From the human T2T-CHM13v2.0 reference genome, Homo sapiens, in assembly GCF_009914755.1 (NCBI RefSeq), contig NC_060942.1: a DNA stretch of 64,000 nt. One strand, 5' to 3'. The notes under the pieces are model-generated. The model ran no database searches. It had not been told where the DNA came from and saw only the letters and a list, made by a program, of their open reading frames with translations. A program made the position numbers and the translations under genes. This document shows, in pieces, positions 39,520 through 56,200 of this stretch; the stretch's first letter is position 1; each line of letters begins with the position of its first letter.

Positions 39520-41810
39520 CATTATCAAATTAAAACATTGAGATAATACTACACACCTATTGTAATAGCTAAAATCTAAACAAACTGACACTACATAATA
39601 CTAGCAAGGATGCAGAGCAACAAAAACTCATTCATTGCTACTGGGAATGTCAAATGGTACTGTCATTTTGAAAGACAGTCTGGCTAAAAGCTAAGTATAG
39701 ACTTACTGTACAATTCAACAAATGAGCTCCTGAGTATTTACCCAACTGATTTCAAGACTTTATGTCCACCCAAAGATCTGCGCTTGGATATTTTTATAAG
39801 CTTTATTTATTATTACCAAAAGCTGTAAGCAATTAAAATGTCCTTCACTAAGTAAATGGATAAACAAGACTGTGGTACATCAAGATAATAGAACATTATT
39901 CAGTAATTAAAAAAGAAATGAGCTATCAAGCCATAAAAACATGCATATCGCTAAGTGAAAGAAGCTAATCTGAAAAGATGACATGCTGTATTGTCTAATT
40001 GTATGACATTTTGGCAAAGGCAACTTATAGAGGGAGTAAAGAGGTAAGTGATTGCCAGAGGTCTACAGGGAGGGAGAAGGGTTGAATAGATAAAGCACAG
40101 AGGAATTTTAAGGGAGTAAAACTATTCTCTATTATTCTTTGATGGGAAATACATAACATAAGGCATTTGACAAAATCCAGAAATTTATAGTACAAACAGT
40201 TTATCTTAATGTATACCAATTCAAACAGTTATTAGAAAGTTGGAGGAATCCCAGAAAGAAATGCAGAGTAGGACAAGATAATCCAACTGTACTACAAATG
40301 TATAAAGCAACCTCACTGAGAAGAGTGAAAAGATGCTTATGTTAATAATTTTGGAAATGAGCAGAATCTGTAAGACTAATAGAAAAGCAACTGCAAAAAA
40401 GCACTCTATTCTAGTTGATTAAGTTGTTTCCCAAAGGGGATGGATTAACAATTCTGATACTCCTATACATGAACATTAAGAATGGAACAATTAAGTAAAT
40501 TGGTCGTAGATGATGGAAGACTGGTTTCTCATTGTTGAAGTGGGACTTTATAGATAAACAAATGGAGGAGGTAGGAACGATCTATGTGGTACTTGATTAG
40601 AATGGGAAACATCACTATGAATTCAAGTTTTACTATGTATAGACAGAAATGATTATGTATAGAAATATTTATAAATATGTGTATACATTAGTAACATACA
40701 TATTTCCTTGCTTTGTCAGTTGACAGAGTCTAAAAGTAACAACAATACCTCAGTAGCAAAAACACACCTAATGCACAGAAATTGGTTTCCATTGTTGTTT
40801 AATAAAAGAAACAAAGATTTTTTGGAGAAATGAATGATTTTAGGACTGGGTAGGATAATATATAATGTGAGCCTCAAGCACTGTGTCAGAAAGTAAGAAA
40901 GTGCTTAAAAAATTGATGACATGATGGGGGTATGCCAAAGGGCACAGGAGCCTACTTAAAGATCACCCAGTGTCCAAAGCTAGAACAATTTGAGCAAAAA
41001 TCAATCAATTATTAAAAAGCAGTAATGGATTATAACCCAAGTATAGAATAAATTTTCATAAGTCCATACTGTTATAAAGAAATGATTATATGATTTAATA
41101 AATGGGGAGAGGAGATAAATCTCCAGAGCCAAACAATTCTAAATAATTTATGTTGGTATGCTGCCCACAAACAGGAAAGAGAAGGAGCATAACTCCTCAC
41201 CACTTAAGTACATTGTGACTTCCTTCCAAAAAGTACAGTACAGAGTAGAAAAAAGGTAATGCTACAGTGAAGTCTGACATGCACTATCTCAGCTAGGTGA
41301 TCAAGGCCAGCATCAACAGTCATAAATCATGCTAGTAGTATTTACTTTTGAAATTATGTAATGACAATGGCAATTCACCTCCATGGCCTTCCTCTCAAGA
41401 ACCCATCATCCCAGAATAATTAAGAGAAATACATCATACATATTTAAGGCTCTCCGACTGAATCCCTGACTAGTACTTCGCAGAACTGTCAGTCTAGAAA
41501 CAATGAAAGTCTGAGGTCTTCTCACGCAAGCAAACATAATAACTAAATGTCATGTGCTGTGGTATTCTGTATGGAATCTTGGAACAGAAAAAGGACAAGT
41601 TAAAACTACACAAATCTCAATAAACAATGACAAATTAATAACAATGTTTCAATATTCATTTGTCAATTATAAAACATGTATTATACTCCTTCAACCTGTC
41701 AGTAATGGGGAAACTGGGTGCAGGGTAGGGTATATAAGAACTCTCTGTGCTATCTTCTCAATTTTTTTCTGTGAATCTAAAACTATTTCTAAAGTATAAA
41801 GTCTATTAAA
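39520..41810 (+). mobile_element. L1MC-type 3' region with long 3' UTR
   Basis: CAAGGATGCAGAGCAAC, GAAATGAGCTATCAAGCCAT, AGGTGATCAAGGCCAGCATCAACAGT, terminal GTGAATCTAAAACTATTTCTAAA. Confidence 0.8.
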
Positions 41811-44156
41811 AATAGATTTGAAACAAATATTAAAACAGAAGCAACAAACATAAAGCCATAGTGTTTTAGGCAAACTAGAATATATAATGAACATACTAAA
41901 AATGCCATTAGCTAACATCTAAAAGCTCACTATACCATTATTATGAGGTTTATTGTAGAAAATAGTTTATAAAATGTAATGATATAAAATAGTCATCCTG
42001 GTGCTTTCAAGTGGAATGACTTAGAGTGTAAGTCCTCTAGCTGTATACTTTCCCTAAATTGTTTTGACTATATTTATATACATTGTAAATCAACTTGTAA
42101 TTTATATTTTAAAAAGCTTGTGGATTGTAAGGTTGGTATTATGTTGAATCTATAAATTAATATGGAAAGAATTTACATCACATCTTAACAATATCCATGA
42201 GCATTTATTTGGACCTTTTAAATTTCTATCTGCAATGTTTTGTTCTGCTTTATCAGATATTTGATTTGCAAATATTTTACACCAGAATATATCTGTCTTT
42301 TACATTTTATAGTGCTATCTTATGAAAGCAAAAGTGTTTAATATTGATAAAACCAAATTATCCATTTTTCCTATTCTCATTTGTGCTTTTGGCCTCTTAT
42401 TTATGAAACTTTTACCTAACTCACTGTCATGAAGATTCATTCCTATCTTCCTAGAGCTATTAGAATTGTTATGCTTCTGTTTAGGTTTATGGTAAGTGTT
42501 TAATTAAGTTTTGTGTATGATGTGAGGTAAAATTGAAATTCATATTTTTACAAATTCATAATTTACAAGTGGATATTCGTTGCTGATTAGTTTTTCAAAA
42601 TGTTAAACTAACTGCGTATTCCCGGGAGAAATCATGCTTAATGATATATGCTTTTTCACACATTTTATCTTCATATTTTTTCTTCACAATTTTAACATGT
42701 TTTCTGTTTATAAAGGTATTAGTTTATAATGTGTTTATAATGTTCTTTTCTTATAGTATGTTTGTCAGTTTCTGTTATAAGAATTCTGTTGGTCCAAATC
42801 AAGTGTTTTTTATACCTTGATTTTTAAAAGAGTTTGTGAAGTTGGATTTTATTTTTTCTTACATATTTGAAGGAACTTATTGGCGAACTTATCTAGAACT
42901 AGGGCTTTCTTTGTGGGAAGATTTTAAATTATGATTTTAATTTCCCTAATTGATAAAAGGATGTTCAAATTTTATCTCTTTTTCTTGGTTCAGCTTTGGT
43001 AATACTTCGTAAGGTTCATTTCTTCTAAGTGGTCAAGTTTATTAGCATAATGTTGTTTATAACATTTCCTTATTTTACCATAGCTATCAATGAGATCTGT
43101 AGCAATATTCTCACTTTGAATTCTGGTGTTAATAATTTGTTTTCTCTCTTTTTCCTTGATCCATCTCGCTAAAGATTTACCAATTTTATTAATATTTTCA
43201 AAGAACCAATTTTGACTTTGTTTACTTTATTATTTACATTCTTCTCTACTGTGTATTTACTTTATTGATTACGGCTTTAAACTGTATTTATCCTTTATCT
43301 GTTAGCAGCTTTTGTGGTGGATGATGAAATCATTTATTTGAGGTTTTACTTTTGTTGCAATATAAACATGTACAGCTTTACATTGACTTCCAAACACTTC
43401 AATCTACATATGTTCTTGTTTTCTTATCATTCATTTAAAATATTGTTTATTTTCTTTCCAAATTTTCCTTCTTGAAGATAATCTAGATATTTGTTGTTTT
43501 CAGTTTACAACTAGCTTATAATTAAAATTTAGTTCATAATCACTTTCTGAATTAATTTTGTTATAGTCAAAGAATATACTGTATAAGATTTTAATATTTT
43601 AATATTGATGGGATATGTTTTGTGACACAGCCTATCTTGTTAACTATTTTGTAGAATATTCCATGTACACTTGAAAATTGTGTTTATTCTATAGTTATTT
43701 GGTCTCATGTTCTATAAATAAGTCAACGAAATCAGAGTGGTTCATAGACTCATTCAGATTTTCTATACCTTTACTGATTATTTCGCTTAATTTTTATTTC
43801 AGTTATTGAAAGAAGGGTACCTAATTTCTTAATGATTATAAATTTGGCTATATCACTTATTTGTTCCATCAGTTTTTGCTTCATGTGCTATGAAGGTTAG
43901 GTAGGATATGCATAACCTTAAAAGTTTTTTAATACTTTGCGTTGAAATCTATTTTGTTTGATACTAATATACTTTTTTCAATATTTTATTATTCGAGCTT
44001 GCATGGTATAGTCTTTCCATCTTTTTTTTGCAACTATTTGTGTCTTTTTAATTAAAATGTTTCTTTTTGTAGGCAGCATATAGTTGTGTCTTGTTTATAT
44101 ATCTAGTCAGGCAATCTCTGACTGTAATTGGGAGTGTTAGGAGTCTAGTTCTACAA

Positions 44157-44458
44157 TTTTTTTGTTTTGTTTTTGAGACTGAGTCTTGCTCTGTCATCCA
44201 GGCTAGAGTGCAGTGGCACAATCTCTGCTCACTGCAACCTCCGCCTTCTGGTTTCAAGTGATTCTCCTGCCTCAGTCAACTGAGTAGCTGGGATTACAGG
44301 TGCGCCTCACCACGCTCAGCTAATTTTTTTGTATTTTTTGTAGAGACGGGGTTTCACTACATTGGCCAGGCTGGTCTCGAACTCCTGACCTCAAGTGATC
44401 TGCCTTCCTTGGTCCCCCAAAGTGCTGGGATTAAAGGTGTGAGACACTGTGCCCAGCC
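44157..44458 (-). mobile_element. AluSz/Sx-like SINE
   Basis: Full antisense Alu with GACCTCAAGTGATC. Confidence 0.95.
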
Positions 44459-44679
44459 TTACTTCTACTTACATTTATATCATATTTGAATCATCAGTGT
44501 TTTTCTCTCTTTTCTCTTTCCTGTTAAACTTTTTTCTACCTATTTATTTCTTCAGTTGTTTTTTATTTATACCATTTAGCTTTTTTTAGTGGTTGCTGTA
44601 GGGTTTATAATATGCATTTTTAAGTTATCAAAATGAACATGTAGTTAACATGGTACTACTTTACATAAAATATGATAAC

Positions 44680-44834
44680 CTTTTTTTTTTTCCTTTTTTA
44701 ATTATTTATATTTTTTAGGGATGGGGTCATGCTTTGTTGTCCAGGCTGGTCTCGTACTCCTGGAATCAAGGAACCCTTCCACCTCAGCCTCTGAAAGTTC
44801 TGGGATTACAGGCATAATTCATCCTGCCTGGCCA
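44680..44834 (-). mobile_element. Alu monomer (FLAM-like)
   Basis: Single left-arm monomer with a long T-rich tail. Confidence 0.8.
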
Positions 44835-45329
44835 AGAATCTTTAATGGTATAGTTCTATTTACGTGTCATTCTTTGTGCTATTGTTGTAATATACTTTAT
44901 AAATATCACACTTGGGTTATAAAGTTTTTATTTAAACACTATCTTTCTTTTAAAGAAATAAGATAATTACCGTCTTATGTATATGGCAATCATTTGATCT
45001 ATAAATTTTTTCTGTAGGTCATAGTTACTATCTGGTTTTGGTGACATTCAGTCAGGAAAAGTTATGTTAGCATTAATAGTAATGATGTTGTGCTGGCAAT
45101 ACATTCTTAAGGTTTCCTTGTATCAGAAAACATTTTTATTCATCTCACTTCTTAGAAGGATAGTTTCACTACATAAGGAATTCTAGATTGACAGCTATTT
45201 GTTTAAGCACTTTTAAAAGGTCATTCCATGGTCTTCCGACCCTAATTATTTTTTATGAGACGGCAACAGTCATTTCTACCCCCTCCTTTCTGTTTTGAAC
45301 ATAATATGTCAAGAAATCTGTTCCTAGTC

Positions 45330-46400
45330 CTAAGGGAATAAGTTGTCTGAATTGTCTTTTTGCTATAATAAAATAAAATAAAGTAGAAAACTGGACAAAT
45401 TGAGGGAAAAGTAATTTTCAGACAATGGGCAACAGAAAACAAAGATCCTATCCCTGAGAGAAGTAAATATGATATGACCTATCATCTTCTAGGTTTTCTG
45501 CATTCTGGAAAGTGGTATAAGAAGGGGAATACAAACAAAGCCTGTAACATCTGATAAGAAGAGGCTAAGGTACTTGAGTTTAGGGAGGCCAAGATGGTTG
45601 GTATTTTCAGAGCAGAAAACCACAGAAAAGGCAGCTACATTAAACAACAGGTCCAGAAATTAGGATAGTGGTTGACATGAACCTTTTGCTAAGTACCTCT
45701 CTGTCAATGTATAGATTGAAACCCCCAAAAGTCAGACAAGAAAACTTCCTCAGGAGAAAAAATTGTGGGGGTTCTACTAGCTGAAAAATTCTCTGAGCTC
45801 ACACAGGACTGGGAATCCTTTGAATTCCCTCCAATCAGAATGAGAGACCTCATTAAAATCATAGAAAATTCAGTAGACATACCAGGAGAGCTAAGCCTTC
45901 AAAGTAGGGACCAAGTTAGCCCTATAATAAAGAGCACTCTATACAAGTCTTTTTAAAAACCTTAAAAAATTTAACTATAATAAACCAATCTATCAATTAC
46001 TGAATTGCCTGAAAGAAAAAGTTACACTTCAAAGGAATACAACAAAATCCAGAATTTAACATAATAAAATAAGGTGTCCAGAATCCAGATAAAAATTACT
46101 AGATACACAAAGAATCAAAAAATGTCAGCTATAACCAAGAAGAAAAAGTGATGAAGAGGAACCCTTTCAGAAGTAACAAATATGATGACATTAACAGAAA
46201 AGGCATTAAATACCTCTTATTCATGTGTTTCATATGCTCACAAATTAAAGAAAGCTAATAAACCTAGGCAGAAGAAACATATAGGAAACAACACTCATCT
46301 CCACCATATTGATGAACACCAGTAGTAAATAACCAAATCTCGAAATCATCCCAGACAAAAAGATAGTTTACCTGCAAGGGAACAAAAGTTTAAAATGTAG
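45330..46400 (+). mobile_element. Old L1M 5' region fragment
   Basis: AAAACTGGACAAA, TAAAAATTACTAGATACACAAAGAA and other L1M 5' UTR/ORF1-start-like motifs. Confidence 0.5.
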
Positions 46401-46419
46401 CAGAAATTTAACAGTTTTA

Positions 46420-46870
46420 CACAGATATTACTTACATACCATACATTTCACCCATGTGAAATGTACAGTTCAAAATTTTGTAATATTTTCACAGGATTGT
46501 GTAACCATCACAACCTAATGCTAACAAATTTTACATCCCTCATCAAAGAAACCCTATGCCCAGTCACTCTCAATTCTCATTCTCTCCATACTCCATAAGT
46601 AAGCAACCACTTTTGATCTCTATAAATGAAGCTACTCTGGATACTTCATATAAAAGAAATCATACAATGTGCAATCTTTTGTGACTGACTTTTCTCATTT
46701 AGCAAATGGTTTTAAAGTTTATTCATATTGTAGCATGAGTCAGTAATTTATATGTGTCAAGTAGTATTCCATTGTATGGCTATGCCACATTTTGCTTGTC
46801 CATTTATGAGATGATAGACTTTGGGTGGGTTTACAATTTTTTGCTATTAAAAATGTTGCCATGAAAATTT
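46420..46870 (-). mobile_element. L1MB-like 3' end
   Basis: CATACCATACATTTCACCCAT, CTGGATACTTCATATAAAAGAAATCATACAAT, GTAGTATTCCATTGTATGG. Confidence 0.8.
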
Positions 46871-46879
46871 TTTAAATTT

Positions 46880-46986
46880 TGAAATTTTTAATTTTTGTGG
46901 ATACATAGTAGGTATATATATTTGTGGGGGTACATGAGATATTTTGGTACAGGCATGCAATGTGTAATAATCACATAATGGCGAAT
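46880..46986 (-). mobile_element. Short L1MA 3'-terminal fragment
   Basis: TTTTTGTGGATACATAGTAGGTATATATATTT..GGGGTACATGAGATATTTTG.TACAGGCATGCAATG. Confidence 0.8.
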
Positions 46987-46989
46987 ATT

Positions 46990-49900
46990 ACTGAACATTT
47001 AGAGAATAACGTATGCCAATCTTTTCAAAGTTTTTCAAAATACTGAAGAGGTGAGAAGGCATTGAAACTCGTTTTGAGTCTAGCCTTACCCAGATACCAA
47101 AGTCAAAGATACCACAAAGAAAAAAAAAAGGAAAACTATAGGCCAATATCCCTGACTACAGATACAAAAAAAAAATTATCGATGTAATGCTAGCTAACTG
47201 AATCCAATAGCATATTAGAAGCATCATATACTATGACTAATTGGGATTTATCCCTAGAATCATTGAATATATGCAAATCAGTTTTTGTAATCCACTGCAT
47301 TAACAGAATAAAAGCTATAAATTACATGATCATCTCACTAGGTGCAGAAAAAAAAAAGCATTTTACAAGATTCAACATACCTTCCTGATAAAAACTCTCA
47401 GAAAGCTCAGGAGCCTCAAAGAAGGTACCTCAACATAATAAAGGCTGTATATGAAAAGCCGATAGCTAATGTCATAATCAAAAATGAAAAAATTAAAGTG
47501 TTCCCATTAAGGTCAGGAACATGACAACCTTGCCCACTCTCCCATTTATATCCAACGTAGTGCTGGAATTCCTAACCAGAGCAAGTAGACAAGAAAAAGA
47601 TGCAAAATGGATCCATATCAGAAAGAAAGAATATTTTTCTCATTTGCAAATGACATGAAGATATATGAATATATATGTGAATATATATAAATATATATAT
47701 GAATATATATGTGAATATATATGAATATATATGTGAATATATATGAATATATATGTGAATATATATGAATATATATGTGAATATATGTGAATATATATGA
47801 ATATATATGTGAATATATATGAATATATATGTGAATATATATGAATATATATGAATATATATGTGAATATATATGTATATATGTGAATATATGTATATAT
47901 GTGAATATGTGAATATATGTGAATATGTGAATATATGTGAATATATATGTGAATATATGTGAATATATATGTGAATATATGTGAATATATGTGAATATAT
48001 ATGTGAATATGTGAATATATGTGAATATATATGTGAATATATGTGAATATATGTGAATATATATGTGAATATATGTGAATATATATGTGAATATATATGT
48101 GAATATATATCTGAATATATATGTGAATATATATGAATATATATGTGAATATATATGTGAATATATATGTGAATATATATGTGAATATACGTGAATATAT
48201 ATGTGAATATATGTGAATATACGTGAATATATATGTGAATATATATGTGAATATATGTGAATATATATGTGAATATATGTGAATATATATGTGAATATAT
48301 GTGAATATATATGTGAATTTATATGTGAATATATGTGAATATATATGTGAATTTATATGTGAATATGAATATATATGTGAATATATATGTGAATATGAAT
48401 ATATATGTGAATATATATGAATATATATGAATATATATGTGAATATATATGTGAATATATATGAATATATATGTGAATATATATGTGAATATATATGAAT
48501 ATATATGTGAATATATATGAATATATATGTGAATATATATGAATATATATGTGAATGTATGTGAATATATATGAATATATATGTGAATATATATGTGAAT
48601 ATATGTGTGAATGTGAATATATATGTGAATATATGTGTGAATGTGAATATATATGTGAATATATATATGAATATATATATGAATTTTATATATATATCCT
48701 AAAGACTCAACCCTAAAACTGTTAAAACTAATAAATGAACTCAGTAAACTTACAGGATACAGATTAAACATACAAAAATCAGTTGTGTTTATATACATGA
48801 ACAATGAACTATCTAGAAAGAAAATTTCAAAAATAATCCCATTTCCAATAACAGCAAAAATTGTAAAATAGGAATAAACTGAGGAAGTGAAACATTTGTA
48901 CAATAAAAACCTCTAAACATTGATGAAAAAATTAGGTAGATACAAATAGACATTTTCTCTCTGGATTGGAAAACTTAATATTACAAAAATTTTCATACTT
49001 CCTAAAGCAATATATATATTTAATGCAACCTCCATCAAAATCACAAAGGCATTTTTAACAGAAATAAATAATTCTATAAATCATAGAGAATGAATGACCA
49101 TGAATACCAAAATAATCTTGAAAGAAAAGAACAAAGCTGGAGACAGAACACTTGGTAATTCCAAAATATGTTATAAAGCTACAGTAAATTAAACAGTCTG
49201 GTATTGGCACAAAAACAGGCATATAGACCAATGGATTGGATAAAAGAGCCTAGAAATCAACCTACATGTATACAGTCAACTGATCATCAACAAGAGTACC
49301 AAGAATACACAGGGAGGAAAGGATAGTCTTTCAACAAATGGTGTTGGGAAAACTAGATATCCACATGCATAAAAATGAAATTGGACCCTTATCTTACATC
49401 AGACATAACAATTAATTCAAAATAGATTGAAGACTTAAGCATAAGATCTGAAACTGTGCAACTCCTAGAAGAAAATATGGGGGAAATGTTTCATGACATT
49501 GGACTTGGTAATGATTTAATGAATACAACATCAAAAGCACAGGCATCAGGATCAAAAATTAAAACACGGGACTACATCAAACTAAACAGCTTCTTCACAG
49601 CAAAGGAGAAAATTGTCAAGAGGAAAAACGCAACATATACAGAATGGGAGAAAACATTTGCAAACCATGTATCTGATAAGGATTAATCTCCAAAATATAT
49701 ATGGTATTTTTATCACCTAATAGCACAAAAAATTCATAATAACCTAGTTAAAAATGGGCTAAAGACTTGGATAGATATTTTTCCAAAGAGGACATACAAA
49801 TGGCTAAACAGATATATAAAAAGCTGTTCAATGTTACTAAACATTAAGGACATGGAAATAGAAATCACAATGAGATATCACTTCACATTTGTCAGAATGG

Positions 49901-50670
49901 CTATTATCAAAGACAAAAGGCACGTGTTGGTGAGGATATGGAGAAACTGGAACACTTGCACACTGTTGTTAGGAACGTAAATTAGCATAGCCATCATGGA
50001 GAACTATATGGAGGTTTCTCACAAAACAGAAAATAGAACAACTGTATGGTCTAGCAGTCCTTCTTCTGGGTATTTATTCAAATAAAATGAAATCAGTATA
50101 TCATAGGGATACATGAACACCCATATTTATAGTAGCACTATTCACAATAGAAAGATGTGAAATCAACCTAAGTGTCTATCAATAGATGAACATATAAGGA
50201 AAATTATAAGGTATATTATATATATATATATACACACATATATACATATATATATACACACACACAGACGTATATACCATGAAATACTATTCGGCCATTA
50301 AAAAGAATTAAATTCCATCATTCATGGCAATAGAGATGGAAAAGGAGGACATGATTAGTGAAGTCAGCTAGGAACACAAATTTCAGCACCGCATTTTCTT
50401 ACTCACTTGGAAACTAAAGAAAGTTGATCTCATAGAAATAAAAAGTAGAACAGAGGATACTAGAGACTGGGAAGGGTAGGGGGAAAGAGGCATAGGAAAA
50501 TATTTGTTGAAGGATATAAAATTACAGCTAGATAGGATGAATAAACTCTAGTATTCTATAAAACTGTAGGATGATGATAGTTAACAATGATATATTATGT
50601 AGTTTTAAGTAGCTAGAAGGAGGATAGTAAATCTTCCCAACACAAATAAATAATGTGTATTTAGAGATAT
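46990..50670 (+). mobile_element. L1MA-type 5'-truncated LINE (ORF2 remnant and 3' UTR) containing a minisatellite
   Basis: Degraded ORF2 (ORF 49456-49686 LLEENMGE..IGLGND). L1MA tail AAATTACAGCTAGATAGGA.GAATAA. Confidence 0.88.
47661..48697. repeat. AT-rich minisatellite, (GTGAATATATAT)n with 8-12 bp unit variants
   Basis: Direct reading; ~1.04 kb. Confidence 0.97.
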
Positions 50671-50679
50671 ATTTAGATT

Positions 50680-51096
50680 GTAATGAAAGTAGTAAAACTG
50701 ATTTTGTTCACAGATTATATGATTGTTTATGTAGAAAATCCAAAGAAATCTACAAGAAAATCTGCTACTACTAATAAAGTGAGTTTATCAAAGGACACAT
50801 TACAAGCTTAATATACATTAGTCAATTGTATTTCTATATACAAAATAGATATGGAAATTTTTAAAGCACCATCTACAATAATACAAACATGTGAAATATG
50901 TATAGGTAATTCTGAGAACTTTAAGGTCTTATGTTAAAGATTTATAACTGAAAAATATAAAATACTACTGAGAGAAATGTAAAACCTAAATATATGGAGA
51001 AATATACTATCTATAGGTTGAATGACTCAATATTGTTTAGATATAAATTCTTCAGAAATAGATCTAAGGATTTAATACAATCTCAATAAAATTTCA
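50680..51096 (+). mobile_element. Old L1M ORF2 fragment (host of the L1PA2 insertion; continues 53420-53945 and 55430-55800)
   Basis: ATGATTGTTTATGTAGAAAATCCAAAGAAATCTACA. The sequence is collinear with L1M ORF2 across the two interruptions. Confidence 0.75.
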
Positions 51097-53117
<2,021 letters not shown>

Positions 53118-53423
53118 TCACATCAGGGTAAAAGGGGTATCCATCTTCTCAAGCATTTTTCCTTTCTTTATGTTTACAAACATGCTAATTGTACTCTTAA
53201 TTATTTATAAATGTATCATAAATTATTGTTAAATGTAGTCATCCTGTTGTGCTATCAAATACCAGAATTTATTCATTCTATCTAATTATATTTTTGTACC
53301 CATTTATCATAACCCTTTACCCCCTCTACTACACTTTACAGCTTCTGGTAACTGTCATTCTACTCTCCATTTCCCTATGGATTAAATTGTTTTAATTTTT
53401 AGCTCCCACAAAAAAAAAAAAAA
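53118..53423 (+). other. 3'-transduced flank (antisense L1MA sequence) with ATTAAA signal and second poly(A)
   Basis: Follows the L1 A-run. ATTAAA at 53381-53386, A14 at 53410-53423, then a TSD matching 51088-51099. Confidence 0.85.
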
Positions 53424-53945
53424 TTTCAACAGATGTTTTTGTGAAACATGACAAAATGATTAAAAATTAATGTGGAAACACAAATCACCTAGATTTGCCA
53501 AAACAAATTTATGAAAAAAAGAAGAAAATTGGAGGACAAATATTACCTAAGACTTACTAACAGCTGTAGTAATCAACGCAGTATGGGTAATGGCAAAGAC
53601 AGATAAATAAATAAAAGAAACAGAATAGAAAGTCCGGAAACAGACACATATATTTATGGAAAACTGATTTTTGACAAGGAAAGTCAGTTCAGTGGAGAAA
53701 GAATAGTCTCCTCATCAAATGCTGTTCAAACAAATTGAAAACCATATGTAACAAAACAAAACAATGAAAACAAATTTTGATCCATATCCTGTACCATTTA
53801 TAATAATTAACTCAAAATGAATCATTGGACTAAGCATAAAAACTAAAACTGTAAGACTTTTAGCATAAAATATAGGAAAATATCTGAGACCTTGGGTGAG
53901 CAAGGAATTCTCTTTTTTTATTTTAAGAGTCACAATTTATATAAA
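53420..53945 (+). mobile_element. Old L1M ORF2 fragment (continuation of 50680-51096)
   Basis: CCTAGATTTGCCAAAAC..GAAAATTGGAGGAC, CAGAATAGAAAGTCCGGAAACAGAC. Confidence 0.75.
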
Positions 53946-54489
53946 AATAATTTAAAGTTACATTTAGATGTACAAAGAGGTTTTAAAACAAAGTAGTAGC
54001 ACTAGAGCACTTAACTATTTTGTCGATTGAAAGTAAATGCAAGAAAGAAATTCTATTACTTAGGATACCAAATGATAAATTTATTCTACTTTGGATGTCT
54101 ACCTTTCAAATACATGTCTAATCTAATTCCATTTGATATAAGTATTCTGTAATCACTGAGAAGGAATGTCTAACATATTAACTCAATATTTAGCAACTAC
54201 TAATTTCCTTGATATATTTCATAACTTCCCTTGACTCTAAATAAGATTCTTTTTAAAGATATATTCCTATTTCCAGGTTTTGTATTTTCTCAGTAATAGG
54301 TCTAATATTTTGTTCCTATAAATTTACTAATACGTTTTGTTGACACATCTCAGCAATGAAGTGAGTATCCTCATGAATAAAGCTTAGATTTTATACTATA
54401 AAATTTAACCAATATTACATAGCAGGATTTGACACAAACTTTGGTTTGGTCTAAGTTAGAGCAGTGTTGTTTTGTTGAAAAGCCTTCAG

Positions 54490-54750
54490 GAGATACAATT
54501 CACCTACCAATTCATATACCATATGGTATATCTACCATATAGATCATACATTTAAAATATACAATTCAGTGGTTTTAACATATTTAAATATATGTGCAAC
54601 CATCCCTCCACAGTTATTTTTAAAACATTTCATCGCTTCACAAAGAAACTCCATATCCCTTAGATATCAATCCACTCTCCCACCACTACCCACCATCCCT
54701 AAGCAACCACCAATCTACCTTCAACTTCTAGAGAGTTGCCTATTCTGCAT
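54490..54750 (-). mobile_element. L1MB-like 3'-terminal fragment
   Basis: ATACAATTCAGTGGTTTT, TGTGCAACCATC, CCCTAAGCAACCAC.AATCTAC. Confidence 0.7.
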
Positions 54751-54751
54751 A

Positions 54752-55429
<678 letters not shown>

Positions 55430-55430
<1 letters not shown>

Positions 55431-55800
55431 AAAAGAAAAAAGATGATAAAGTTGGACTTCATAAAAAATAAAAGCTTCTGCTCTTTGAAAGATGCAGTTA
55501 AGGAAATGAAGAGATAAGCAGCAGACTGGTAGAAAATATTTGCGAAGCGTATATCTGATAAAAGACTTGTATTCAGAATTTATAAAGAATTATCATAACT
55601 TAATATGAAGAAAAAGCTGGGCAAAATATTTGAATAGAAACTTTGGTAAAGACTATCAGTGGTTGTCTGGCCATGGAGTGGAAATTATACGGAGACAAGA
55701 CGAAACTTTTGGGTGTGATGGCTATGTTCATCACCAATTATGGTGATTATTTCAAGGTAGTATACATATTTCACAACTAATCAAATTATATTCAAATTCT
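55430..55800 (+). mobile_element. Old L1M fragment (continuation of 53420-53945)
   Basis: GATAAAGTTGGACTTCATAAAAAATAAAAGCTTCTGCTCT, ATATCTGATAAAAGACTTGTATTCAGAAT. Confidence 0.75.
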
Positions 55801-56021
55801 GTTGTTTATTTTGATGAGTAGAACAAAAGAAAAAATTTAAATGACTCCAGATGCCACACTTTTATTCTAAGCAAATATTTTAATATTTTCTTCAGATAAT
55901 ATTGCTTATTGTTTAGTGTCTTGAGATGAGCAGAATTCTCTTCTTGACTTCGAAGATCTATAAAGAGAATCACTATCACTTTTTTCAGGGAAAGATTGCT
56001 ATATTTGTAGTTTAAAATTAC

Positions 56022-56200
56022 CTTCAGGGAATGTGGAACAAACCTATTGCAACGACGACTTATACACTGATAGAGCAGCTAATCTGATAGATGTCAAAAG
56101 CAGGAGGTAACTTGTTGGATGAGGGTTGCTGCTGGCATGATTTACTCGGGGAAACAAATAACCTCTCAGCTTCAGTAGTTGCTCATGTAATTGAGCTCGC
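56022..56200 (-). other. Candidate 179-nt exon of an unidentified transcript
   Basis: Minus strand: branch-like CTTAAT, acceptor TTTTTCCCCCACAG/G and donor AAG/GTAATT. Unique sequence with retained CpGs. Confidence 0.4.

Larger units (their letters stand above)
42100..45240 (-). mobile_element. Old L1M (L1ME-like) fragments hosting two Alus
   Basis: Degraded antisense ORF2/ORF1 motifs (GGGCTTTTCTTTGTGGGAAGATTTT, TTCCATGTACACTTGAAAA, GAAGGATAGTTTCACT). Confidence 0.65.

Noticed and set aside
47661-48697. Repeat array as a CRISPR-like or novel system
   Set aside because: It has no unique spacers, the context is eukaryotic, and it is a simple tandem repeat.
48319-48903. 194-aa ORF rich in I/Y/H
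   Set aside because: Translation of the AT-rich minisatellite plus antisense L1; a low-complexity artefact.
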